DNA of 64,000 nucleotides, taken from contig NC_134029.1 of NCBI RefSeq assembly GCF_964204645.1, positions 9,202,850 to 9,266,849 on the forward strand, written 5' to 3'. The position numbers and the translations under genes are program-made. How positions within the stretch are numbered: the stretch's first letter is position 1; each line of letters begins with the position of its first letter. This stretch comes from Tubulanus polymorphus. Lineage: Eukaryota > Animalia > Nemertea. The notes under the pieces are model-generated. The model saw only the letters and a program-made list of their open reading frames with translations. It was not told where the DNA came from and ran no database searches. Of this stretch, positions 21,398-34,300 are shown piece by piece.

Positions 21398-24300
21398 GAA
21401 TCCTTCACAAGTACTTGCAAATTACAAGAAAATTGTCAAATAATATGACGTCGTTAAGTAAACGGTGAGACCAGCCTCGGCAAAAGGTTATCTTTAATTG
21501 TTAATTAGTCACTTTCTGCAAAAAATGAAACTATACTCTTCATTTAGAGTTGCTATAGACTATTTTTATTGTGATTCTGGCTTCCTGTTTTCTATAGGAA
21601 ACTCGAGAGCGACGGAAATCAGAAATCATTTGGATAAACTACCCATACGCGCCTTAATAAGCCTATCCCGTACGCGTTTCCTATTCGAGACATTTCTATA
21701 GGTTCGATATCATAACGCGGGGGGACTCAGCCCGTGGCTGTTATTTCAACGAGAATACAATTTCTTTCTATGAAAACCCGGTTCCATTTTGACTGTCTTA
21801 TCCAAACAAAATATCGTTTTAACCGATTATTGAAAGGAGGCAATCAGATTAAAGTTGGCTATGAAAACAATATTGCTATAAGATGAAAGGTTGGGCGACG
21901 TTTGTCGATTCCGCCAATTTTCATAGACGGTGTAGTCAAAGATTCGAAATCGATAGCGCACCGCTACTTTTACGGAGGCTTTCCGGGGATGTACATGTCT
22001 CAGCACTCTCACCAACGTCCCAAGAGCGGAGACACCTTGTTTAGATTTAGGGAGCAACACCCAAAAGTTGGCCAATGCATTTTGGCCTTACTCCTCGTGG
22101 AATCAATTTAAGGCGATTTCATATATCATTTTGGCAATAGAGTTATTGGATATTGGGGGGGGGGGCTGCAAGCCTCATCATTTCAAAAGGGTCGATTATG
22201 AAGGTTCTGTTGAGACTAAGAATCATTGGGGGGTGCGGGGGCATTATTTGGGGGTCATATACCCCCACGCTGCCCGTCCCTGTGAAATAAAGGTAATTCA
22301 AGAATAGGCTCACGTGAAAATCGTTATTTTATTTATTCGTACATTTTGCCAACTGAAGATTCTTTTTAGCTTTTAGTTATTTATTCTTAATTAGTTTGAA
22401 CTATACGCGCAAACGAAGCATTTGTTCCACATCCGACACAGGAACAGACTGAAGTGGTGTTCGTTGACGATGCGCAGTTCACCGGCGGCACAAACACTGT
22501 GTACCATTGTGTTTCAACAAGCAGACGAACTAAGATATCCCCCGAACGAGTTTGCTTTCATTTGATCACATTACCTACCCGGGGGGATGAAACTTCAATA
22601 CGGCTTGGATTTACGTACAATCAAAATAGAAAAGCGATTAGCAACCATACATTTTAGAGCCGGTTAAAATAACATTTCTTCGACGAGGGGCTTGAGCTGC
22701 CGAAAGCGCCGCGACATTCTGAGCGTTGCGCTTTGACAAAAAATACGAGAGAAGGTCGATAGAAAAACTCTGTCGAGATATGCCGCCAATTCCCGAGGCG
22801 AATTCAGATAACTTCTAATGTTTTCTTTTTGTCATCAACCTAACATGGAATCTCCATCCACGATTCCGTTACTTTCAGTTTCAGGGTGAGGATCCAGCAA
22901 TGAATCTACAGTAAAATAACATAATATATTATGTCTATATACATTATAGATTGTGTCCTATCGGCACCAAAGTCAATTTGCGCGGACATTTTAGAAAATT
23001 TCAACATGGACTTTAAAACGAATTAGCCGAGTCGGCGAGTCCATGATTGGAATGACATCATGATTTATCCACGAGTTCTATAATTCTAGACGCGACAAAA
23101 GCGGCGAGGAGCGACATCTGCGCCTAAGAAAAACAAACATCCAAATAGCTGCCCAAATATGGCCGTAGGGCTTTCGATATTATACCGTGAATTGGGTCTT
23201 TACTGTCGGTAATATGCGCTGTCAAACTGACGGAACCCGAGGGCGGATTATACATTTTCTCAATCGGACTATTAAAACCGGTTTTCATCGACGACGAACT
23301 AAGATAAACATACCGGGAGTCTCAGGCCCAAACCTAGCATTCGACTGGCTTCTAATCATAACGCCCCCGGCGACAAAACTCCGTTTTTATCCATTATAAA
23401 AGCCATAGAAAGTGACAATGTTTCGCGCAAACGACCGGCGATATTAAACTCGCGGTTAATTGAACAGATTCGCAGTCTTTGTCGATCGTGAATGTTCGCT
23501 ATTTACGCCGCGTGCGATGATTGGACGTCTGCAAAAAACGACCGTCGCCGAAAATCTCCGGAATAAGTTAAAGAAATTATATACCCCGCATCCTTATTCA
23601 GAATGTGTCGCTCGGCACTCGGCAAATTGTGTAGACAAAGGACGTATCTCACCATTTTGATTGACAGCTGAATTGACCTCCTAATGAAAAGGACCAATTT
23701 CGTGTTGAACATTTTTTGACATGTCACAGCTACGAATTTTTTTCAATAAAAACAAATAATTTACAAATGTAAATTGCTAGACCACTAAGTCTTTCCGCTG
23801 TCGTAGTCGCCAATGATGGACGACTTTGAGGACAGGTTGCCTGTTAAATGACGTCCCCCACGTAATCTGTGATATTTGATTAAGAAAATCGCAGGTTTGT
23901 TCGCCGATTACCCTCGGTTTGTCTACGAGTCAGACGACGCATCAGCCATTGTTTATGAATTCCAGTACGCCTTTAATAATCGGTGGATGGCTGATAGAAT
24001 TTTCAGTGAGAACAGGCTTAAAAAGTGAATCCGCTTCTCATTGTAGGGGAGTGTTGCCAGCTCCCGGGTACTAACCTTGGAAATGTTATAGAAATGGAAA
24101 GAGCATCAGATAATGAATATAACGGGGAATATGAAGTGACCTGTTCCCACACTGTTTTTTAAACAACATCAATACAAGCAAAACTGTGATCATATTTGTT
24201 ATTTTCCATTGATTCAACAAAGCACAAAATAATTTCGGCCTACGAAGAGTTTCTACAAAAGTCGGAATCTTCGTGGGGAGCACAAAGGTATGGCTGATAT

Positions 24301-25718
24301 GGGGCATAAAAATATTTCTTGACAAGAAATAATTCTGCTATGAAAAATAAATCGCATTCAAAATATATCATATAGTACCGGTACCTTAAACATTTCGTTA
24401 TAAAAAATAATCGCCTTCGAAATGTTTACGTCAGTAAGAATAATTCGCATTCAAAGTATTCGTGTCAGTAAAATTGATTTCACAAGGCTGGAGACAACCT
24501 CTGGGCCCCGTAACTAACAAAATAAAAAACGAATAGAAAGCTGTGTAGGCCCACCGGTGCAATGATAAATGGATGCATGAGTAAAGTGAAAAAAAGGAAA
24601 AGAAATGAAAAAGGTACGTAGCTAGACTAAATTGTACTAAACAAAAGTAATCCAATGAATACCAGAGTAAAAATGGAAGCATCGGGTTCGGTTGTCTCTG
24701 CATTTTGGCAGGTTCTCGAATTGATACAAAATCAATTAACTCAGGTTTTTATTGAATGGTAACATGTTGTTATTTCAATCCACTAATCTTATTGAAAAGT
24801 CAAAGACATTATGATATGATTTTTAGGCCGATGTCTTACAGTTGTTTTTAAAATGTTACGGCGTCGTCGTCGGTTATACATTTTAATTCTCAGTCTGTCC
24901 AGTCCATTCTTTTTATTAGTGTCAGTATGGATCATCCACGTAAGGCTCTAGATTATTTGCTGTTAAGTGATTGATTTATAATTTTATAGAACCGATTTAC
25001 ATATCATTTCTTTTATTTGCAAAACCAGACTCAGGGGCCGATCCGTTGACTGGGACATCGATTTCCATCCGAGTCTATTCAATCCCAATGTTATGATACC
25101 AATACTGAATATCGTGGATATTGCTTAGAAATCGTCTCCTTTGCGGTGGATTAAATTGAATTGAGAAAACAACAATTTCTAAACCATTTGGCGTGTAGTA
25201 GTGAGTCACTACCCTAGGAAAAATTCTGCACCGTGTGTCCGTGCCTTATTCCAAAGTCCGTGCCCGTATTTTCCAACGATGACTCATGCTACTGTTTACA
25301 ACAACTGTGACATGGCAGTATGGTGCAATTACACGCAAACTCTGAAATTGAACGTGAAATGGGCTTTAGATATTGAATCTGATATGTTTTAGTGTAATAC
25401 ATCGATTCTAGAGGTAATCACGGAAGTAAAGCGTATCGATGTCTAGCGCGGCAAAGAGATGATTGTGAGGTTTTGATATTTGAAACTCAACTTTTTTGTC
25501 GACGTTAACGTTTTTGTGTACATTCTTTTTTTCTTGCTGACTGATTTTAATGTATGACGTGTTTACTCACTGTTAAAGATTGATTGACACCGAATATTCT
25601 TTAAGTGAAATGAGTTGAAATAGTGTTATAGCCTATTGTCATTGCTGTAAATCTATATTGTTTTATAATATTCATGAGTTTAGCACCCTTCGTGTAGAGT
25701 GTAGTTCGGATCCCCACC

Positions 25719-26423
25719 CACCTCTCATTCACGCCCCTTGGGCTTCACTATTAAAAGTTCAAGCACTACTACTAAATGAAATATTGTTGGATCTAATTAA
25801 CTGTTAATTAGATCCTGTTGATGTTTAGACTAGTCTATAGGCCTAGTCGTTGTTACCGGTTCCCTACAACGTCTGACGCTAAAGTATCTTATAGAGGTTA
25901 ACTCCTGTTAATTGCAATGCAACAACTGATTTTTAGTGTCAAATCAAACCTTCGTACTCAAATAAAGTGGATTACAAATTTACGCACAAACAATAGTTAA
26001 CTTCCATCTCATTACAGAACAGTTAGTTTGAGGTAAGTTGACAGTGTTTTAAGGGGTGAAATAGACGCTCAAAGCCTCGTCCCTCAAAATGAGGGGCGAA
26101 AATTAACCTTATCCGAGCACTTTCGCCCTAGACGTTGTTTGGGGAACAATGGCTAGGTACTAGACTAACTAGTCTATAGTCCCTTTATTGATTTTTGCTG
26201 CAATGTTTTGCTTAATTTTTAGGTTAGCACTGCCCCGAACCACCTCTCATTCACGCCCTTGGGCTTCACTATCAAAAGTTCAAGCACTACCACTTTATGA
26301 AATATTGTTGGATCTAATTAACTGTTAATTAGATCCTGTTGATGTTCATACTAGTCTATGGTCCCTTTATTAAATTTTGCTGCAATGTTTTGCTTAATTA
26401 TTTGGTTAGCCTAACTGCCCCGA
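25719..26423. repeat. Local duplication (A...B-A-B) containing a perfect 13-bp-arm palindrome
   Basis: Block A (about 120 bp) occurs at about 25719-25838 and 26241-26359. Block B (about 70 bp) occurs at about 26169-26238 and 26350-26423. GGATCTAATTAAC-T-GTTAATTAGATCC occurs at 25789-25815 and 26310-26336. Confidence 0.85.
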
Positions 26424-26480
26424 TTTAGGGCGTTAAATGGACGTGAGTTGAACCTATTTTATGCTAGTGGAAAAAGCCAT

Positions 26481-26816
26481 CATCCCTCGGCAGGGATTCG
26501 AACCTGATGGCATCAATTCAGCCAAGGCACGAAACCCTGCCTCACTAAAAGACCTGGTGCACAGGTTTACCACATGAAAACTTGCGATCAGATTGCTCGT
26601 TGTAGGCCTAGGCCTATATCGTTGAGGTAAATTTCATGAAAGAACTATAGGCCTAAACGGGAAAACCCGGGCTAAAATGAAATGAAATGGGATATCTGAT
26701 TGGCTAATAATGATATCATCTATTAAGCTGTGCACTCAGTGTAATATTAGTGTAGCAGAGTTTCGCACCGTGGCAATCTCGATGCTATCGGGTTCAAATC
26801 CCTGCCGGGGAGGATG
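26481..26816. repeat. Inverted pair of tRNA/SINE-like heads carrying Pol III B boxes
   Basis: 26481-26548 (minus) and 26747-26816 (plus) are diverged inverted copies. Each has GGTTC(G/A)AATCCC followed by TGCCG.GG.A. Confidence 0.55.
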
Positions 26817-27453
26817 GGAAAATGCCTGCATTAGGCTAAATTGCTTGAATTTGAACATTGTTATGCCTACAGACAAGTTATTTTTCTTGTAGGGCCACTA
26901 CAAAATAAATCAAGTTATAGTAACAAATGGTAAATTCAAGAAATTTCTCAGAATTGAGGCTTTGTCTCTAATTCCAATTGAATAAAAAGATTCTGGCAAA
27001 TTTGTAGGTGCAGAACTGGCATGAAATCAACTGTTCAACTAGGCTAGCCTACTTGCGATTCAACTATTATCATAATTTGTTATCAGATAAACCAAGCCTG
27101 ACTGTATTTGATGATCAGCCTAGGGAATAGTGGGCCTACCGCTATACTAAGATTTATCTACCCGTTAGGCCTTACAAGAAAAAGGTTTTCAGGAAAAGTA
27201 AAGATTGTCAACTGGTGGCCATATTGAATTTTGATTTATCACAACATAAAACTAGATATGCGTAGATAGATTAAGGCTAATGGTGTTTTCGTTATTTTCC
27301 ACTCTAACCTTTAGAAATGCTTACGGTGCTACTGAATTTCGTATCTTGAGGCTATAAACATGTTTTTTTCTGTTTATTTATTGCAGTGCTGGTATATATA
27401 GCGAAACAAAACTCGATTGATTTTAGTCGCATTTTTTGCGCGCGGTCGATAAA

Positions 27454-30400
27454 ATGTCAGCGATGACGGCAGACAGATCGATGTACAACGACACAGATAT
27501 ACTGGATCTGTTATTCAGCAGCAACGACGGTATACTGAAACAAGAAATATCCGAAACACCTACGCAGAACATACCTAATGTAAGTTTATCGATAAACAAT
27601 TTTATTGTTTCATTTTCATAAATTCTTCTTTCTAGAACTTGCTAGTGCCGGTATTCGGCATTGCCCACTACTGCAACTTTACTTTGTTCATCAATTCGCG
27701 TGGCCACGATCGATGATTGTATCCAAAAAGATATCTGTCAAAGTTTCTTCGTGAAACTCAACTGCATTCACATCATTTCAACAGTGCTATGTGTCACGCA
27801 CGGATATACCAGTTGGTTTCCATTAACAAGTGACTGTCTGACTTATATTTCCTTGTGGTTTTTTCGCTTTATGGGTAAACCTGTTCAAACGTGCTTAATC
27901 TGGATCAGTTTAATCTGGATTTTAACCCCATTAGGATATCATCTATGATCCATCTATTCATAAATTTATATAAAGTATGTTTAATCCGAATAATTTCATT
28001 GTTCCAAAATGATCTGAATGAAGCGAGTTTGGCTGTATATATAGGCCTGTATTGATGCATTGTTTGAAATCATAATATTTATCATCCTTTTGATTACAGA
28101 CCGACATGAATTTAGACGGTTTCTCTGATAATTTTTTGATGCCTTTGTTACAAGATGACACGTTATGTGAAACCGACGCGACGACCCTCTGGGGCTCGGG
28201 ATTACAGTCGAATCTGTCAGAAGATCAAGCGGCTGTCATGTCTATATCATCTCAGGACTCGCCGGATAGCGGAATTCCTTCAGACGCGCCGATATCACCC
28301 ACTGGTAAATTGCACTGATCAGTTTAATTTGTTAATCTAAACTCCTATAGTTTGTTGTACTGTAAACAGGACAAATTCCAAGCCAAATTAGGCTTTAAAA
28401 AATCACGTGATTAAATTGTATTGTTACTGGGAAATGAATTTGATCATAGGAAGTTCTAATGTTCTGGGCTATATGGCTTTTAAGAGACAAATCGAGGCAA
28501 TGGTTTAGGATTTTATCCGAGCAGGTTTATGTTTATGTCGCATAAATACATGTAGCTCCCCGTATACCATATTAGAATAGACAGCCATATTGATATTGTT
28601 TTTTTAGCCCACTTGGGACTTAAGTCCCAGCGGGCTATTGTGTTCACTTTTCGTCCGTCCATCCGTAGACGGAATCTAGTTATTTTGGGAAGTTTTGAAG
28701 ACGTTTCAAGGTAATGTCTTGATATTTGGTTTATACATGTATCTACCCTAGATACATCTTCAGCCCAAAAACTGGCCCTGTCAGATTCAAAATGGCCGAC
28801 TGGCAGCCATTTTTGTTCCCTAAAATCAACACTTTTTACACATTTTTGAAGTTTTCGAGGGAAATTTTGAAGACGCTTTTATCAGTTACCTCGATCTTTC
28901 GTATATATTTGTTTCCCCCAAGGGCCCATCAGCTTAAGAAAAATTGGGTCAATGGACTCCAGATGGCCGTCCTGTGACCTTTTTTCTGCCCAAAAATGTC
29001 AATTTTGGTCTGAATTCCAAGTCCTGTAGCTTCCTAATGGTTTGCCATTTTTCATTGCATTGGGATACTGGCAAGGCTACTGAGGGAAGCGAGGATTCAG
29101 CGATAATTCGCCAGTGGCACTGGGTTACCGCGCTTCTATTTGTTCTTCATTTCAATAAACTTCGAGTTAACTTTCCTGATAAGTAAATCGATTTTCAGTG
29201 ATATCAAAACCATATACTGAGTGAGAAAGGAAAATCTATATCTTTTCGATGATTCGTTTGATAATTTCCGGATTTAGAAGCCTTAAAATAATCAAATCAA
29301 ATTTCATCGAAAATGAACTGATTTTCACGAGTAACCCAGTGTTTTGTTGCCCCATCTGGTGTTGCCGGTATCCCATTGCTCATGGGTATTCTTTGGAAAG
29401 GGATCTTTTATACCCGAGACAGGTATTTTTGGTAAGGCAATTATGACGCAATTGGTGGCCATCTTGGTGTCATCAGTACTCATTCGTAGGTGGAAAAAAG
29501 TTTTTCCACATTAGATTGATACTTAAGCATATTTTGACACCACAATCAATTGGAAAGTTGTAGCTCATGACATAGTTTATGATGTGGTGAGTTTCAAGGT
29601 CATTGGTTTTTGTATATGGCTACCAGGGGGCCTTGAACAATACAATTACTTAGTATATTTTGTAACCACAATCAATTGGAAAGTTGTAGCTCATGACATG
29701 GTCTATAATTGTGGTGAGTTTCAAGGACATAAGTTATTCTATATGGTCACTAGGGGGCGTTAAATAGTAGAATAACTTCCTATTTCCTTATCATATTGGT
29801 ACCTAGGCATATTTTGTTACCATCATCAATTGCAAAGTTGTAGCTCATGACATAGTTTATGATGTGGTGAGTTTCAAGGTCATTGGTTTTTGTATATGGC
29901 TACCAGGGGGCCTTGAACAATACAATTACTTAGTATATTTTGTAACCACAATCAATTGGAAAGTTGTAGCTCATGACATGGTCTATAATTGTGGTGAGTT
30001 TCAAGGACATAAGTTATTCTATATGGTCGCTAGGGGGCGTTAAATAGTAGAATAACTTCCTATTTCCTTATCATATTGGTACCTAGGCATATTTTGTTAC
30101 CATCATCAATTGCAAAGTTGTAGCTCATGACATGTTCTATGATTATGGTGAGTTTCAAGGTCATTGGGCTTTGCATATGGTCACCAGGGGGCATTGAATA
30201 GTAGCATAACTTAGTATTTCCATATCATATTGGTAACTAGGCATATGTTGTAACCACAATCAATTACAAAATTCTAGCTGCTGACATGTTCTATGTGGCG
30301 AGTTTCAAGGTCATTGGATTGAAATATTGAAATAATTAGATTGTTGAGCATCTGAAACCACTTCCCAAGTGGGCATGGTGTCCCTGGACCCCTAGTTTAT

Positions 30401-31357
30401 GATTTATTGCAGAATAACCACTCACAACACAAATACGCTATCAAAATCCCCAGGAACTGTATCCCAAGCCCATCGGCGAGTGCCTGTGGGTAAACCCACT
30501 GTTAAAAATAAATCAATACTGTGTCAATAGAACCTGGGTTCAATCCACTTTTCAAAGGTTCGAATTTTAGTGGTTATATGCCAGCATAGAAGTTGAGTTT
30601 TTGGGATTTTTTAGACCAATAATCGCTTCCAAAATAGATCTGCAAAGCAGCGATTATGGATTTCTACCTAGCGCAGCATCATTGCAAATTTTAGAGAATT
30701 CATAGAAATGTAAAAATTCATTATTATCAGCGATTTGCACCTGATATGACTGACACATCTACGTTGACTTTTGAAATCAAAGGGTTAAACAGGCATTAAA
30801 GGACCACTCAATAAAAGTTCCTAACCGGCAATTTCAAATTTGTTGGAGTTGAAGCCAAGTAACATTTCAATGGCATTCGAACCCAATAGGATGATCAGCA
30901 CTGTCTGACATGAAAACTGATCCTTATGTGATCAGTTTGCCGGTTGATGACGCACTTCCGATTTGGTTGACAGACGTTTAAGGTCGTTTTAAAGTCAGTT
31001 AGTCAGAGATTTCCTCAAATTCCGCATCAGAAATGGTGTCTTCAAGTTGGGATTGAATTTGGTTAAAAATAGTTGGTTAGTTTTTGCCTAGCCTCTTGAA
31101 AAAATGCTCTTCACGCCGTTTATGACATCACACATCACGTGTTGCTTATTTATTTATTTATTTATTCTTTATTCACGAATTAAATTACACTAGAAAATTA
31201 CAACAAGATAATATAATAAAATAATGTAATTCAAGTCGATGGACACCAGGAGAAGTTACAAACTTATATCCATAAAACATGGCCCTGGCGCCCATAGAAA
31301 TCAAACGCACGCACACACACACATGTACACAACCCTGCACCACAACACTCACGCATA

Positions 31358-31389
<32 letters not shown>

Positions 31390-34300
31390 CACATCCATAA
31401 TGACAAGTTAAGTTCAGATCGACCTACTTTTATTTTATGGTTATCTAAGTGCAAGGCAAACATTGGTGGGGTTCCTTTGGCCCTCCGAATATATAGGACC
31501 AAAAGGGGTATTTTATACCATTTGGATTTATTTTTGCTTAGAAAATCTATTCAAATACTTTTTGGCGGGCACATTCAAATTCTGAAGGGTAGGACTAGTC
31601 CAACCCCTAAATCCACTTGCATTCAGTCTCAACGTTAAAAACCTTCACCGGCCTCCTACTCAATTTTTTGAATAAATGTAAAACTTATGGCAGAATTTAT
31701 GGTTGATTTCTCGATTTTTGAATCCCAAAGAATAATTTTTGAATTACGCAGTAGGATGACACTTGAATAGCCGGTATTCAAATTTTCCAATCAATGTGGG
31801 AGGTGTCTGGGTCTACATGCGTTTCACAAATGAACGTCCTCTTTTAAAGTTTCTTTCTAGTTTATATTTTTGCATCTGAAAAAAATAAAATAAGTTGCAA
31901 AGGCTCTAAATTGTACTAAACCTACTAAATGAATGAATTGATTTGAATCGGCATTTGTCGTTGGATACTAAGCTGGTGATAGGTTTTTGATTACCGGTAG
32001 GGCCTATATCATCATTCTGCCGAGTCCAAGGTTTCGTCATTGGTTCCGACAAATGATTAACATCAACAATATGTTTAAAATGTAATTATGATTCAATGCG
32101 CCCATTATGAATATACCTTTTTATCTTATCTATGCCAAGATAATAAGAGTTCCTAGGTTTTCAGTGTAGTTGCTCGAACGACGGAATTTTCAGATGACGC
32201 GACAGACATTTGACCCTAAGAATAAGTTAGTAAAATGATTCAGTAGATTCAACCTAGGAGTAGCTCTATAGAGAATGTTTTATAGTCCTGAACAATTAAA
32301 CTGATATTGATACTGCCGAATGGTCAGAAAAAGCTTGATTATAATCTCACAGTAATACAGACTCGACTACTTTTGAGAATGACCCTAGCACAGTCTTCAG
32401 TTATAAACATATGCAGAAAAGGGACTTCAACTTATGCAGCGAGTAAAGCATATCTTTTTTGACTGAAAAATTTACCTTGACCATTACACGCCACGTCGAC
32501 TTGTGCGTGGGCAAATGTGGTGGTAGTTCTCAGGTTTTGCCCCATAGATTTAAATAAGAAACCGCTAATGCTGCTTCTCTTGTTTTACCCCATAAAATTA
32601 AACATTCAAGAAACCACTGATACTGCTTCTCTGGTTTTGCCCCATAAATTCAAACAAGTTACCGCTGATACTGCTGTGAGTATTTAGGAAATAATTCCAA
32701 ATTGAAGTTCGCATTTTAACTGTTTTTAGGCTCGGAAGAGGCTGTTCTCTACGAAGCTGCTCAAATCACGAGTGGCCAAACCATCTTAAACACCGGCGGC
32801 AATAACGAACAGATCGGATTAGCAAATCAACACGATTTACTGAACGATGAAGAATTCAACTTTGCGACTATCGATCCAAACATTCTACAGCAGGGCGAAG
32901 ATCTCGTAACCAACCTCGGTTTAGATTCATCAGATATTTCCATCGACATGGGTATGTAGAAAGGAAATGCATATTCTTCGATACGTCATACGTCAGAGTG
33001 GCATCCTCTGACCATATATCCGTGTTCTCCACAAGAGGTTTATAAAAGGGCACCCACCCCTGTCAACTTTATAAGTCAACGAAGTGTGGGGTAGGTATAC
33101 TGGAGTTGGCTCGTCCAGTGTCCATCCATGGACAAGATATCGTCCAGAGATCTCCTAAACTACTGGCTCTCTTCTTTACACAGATGCTTGTTTGGATATG
33201 TAGTCGTGCCCCTGCATTTTATTTTGTGGTTGGATGCAAGATGGCTTACTGGTGGCCATATTTGTTTTCTTGGGTGCTTATTTACATGAAAAAGATGATG
33301 TCAGATAAACTTCTAATTGAATCAGATTTGATACCGAAGATGTGTTGCAGATATATAGTTGGTGAAATGATAAAGCCCTTGCCCATGTTCTCATCGTATA
33401 TATCAATGCTTACAATGACTACTGCTTTGGAGAGAAGTGAGTTGATCTGATAGATAGTGGAATCAAATTGCATCAAATTACAAAATTTTCTCTATTTTTG
33501 AGAAGCTTTAGCTACTTGAGCAGCCACAATCATTAGTTTTCGAGGACTGCATTCATTGTTAAGTGCATAAAAGTTATACACTAAACTATGAATGTAGCCC
33601 TTCTGAAATCCTAGCGTATGGAGAACACTGATGTATGTCCAAATATAGTAGACTCTGCTTTCTTAACCGAGGATGCTATTTACCCCCTAACCGTCTCAAG
33701 CTATGAATCATTTATGGAAAATCATTTGTTGTTGTCTTGGCACATTGACTACTTTTCGAAAGCTAATGCATTTGAGTAACCAGGCGGTCGATTTTTCTAT
33801 AATGTTAATTTTGTTTCAAATATTTCAGGTATGCCTTACAACAGCTCTGAGACGGGAAATGACAGCATTCGTTCTAATACAACAATGACTACAATGACTT
33901 GTCCAACGACACGAAAAGTGCAAGTGATCAGAATCGACAACACTTCACTTCCGTACACCGTCAAAGATGTACATAGACTTTATGAAAGCCCTGAGAACAC
34001 AAAGGTACACGCAAGGAGTACCTGCTACTCAGCCAAATTGTGCTCTAAGCTTGGATATACTTGAATGAATATTTTAAAAGTTCATTTTCAATTAAATTGA
34101 TCTAGATTTTTATGTTCCACATGGAAAAACTAGGCTGATTATGCATCTTCATAAACTCTTCATAAAAAGTGAACAATTGTTCAAATCAATAGAAGTTCTA
34201 AGTGGGTGTAATTTTACTACCAGTATAGTGTATTGATTTGAGTTTCATAGTACTATAGTTTAGGGCATTTTCGTTCAATTGTGGCTTCATGGTTAAAAAC

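Noticed and set aside
29521-30330. Regularly spaced repeats resembling a CRISPR array
   Set aside because: Whole monomers repeat with no unique spacers, there are no cas genes, and the context is a eukaryotic intron. It is a satellite inside a transposon.
31185-31638. 105-aa and 119-aa ORFs with HTHARTHAR / CVRACVRA repeats
   Set aside because: They are translations of (AC)n/(ACGC)n microsatellites in a repeat element.
33040-33700. 114-aa ORF 33106-33450 in CREB3L intron 3
   Set aside because: It lies in sequence resembling the HINE-type repeats (CAAGATGGC...GGCCAT motifs), is not needed for the phase-consistent gene model, and its element boundaries could not be fixed.
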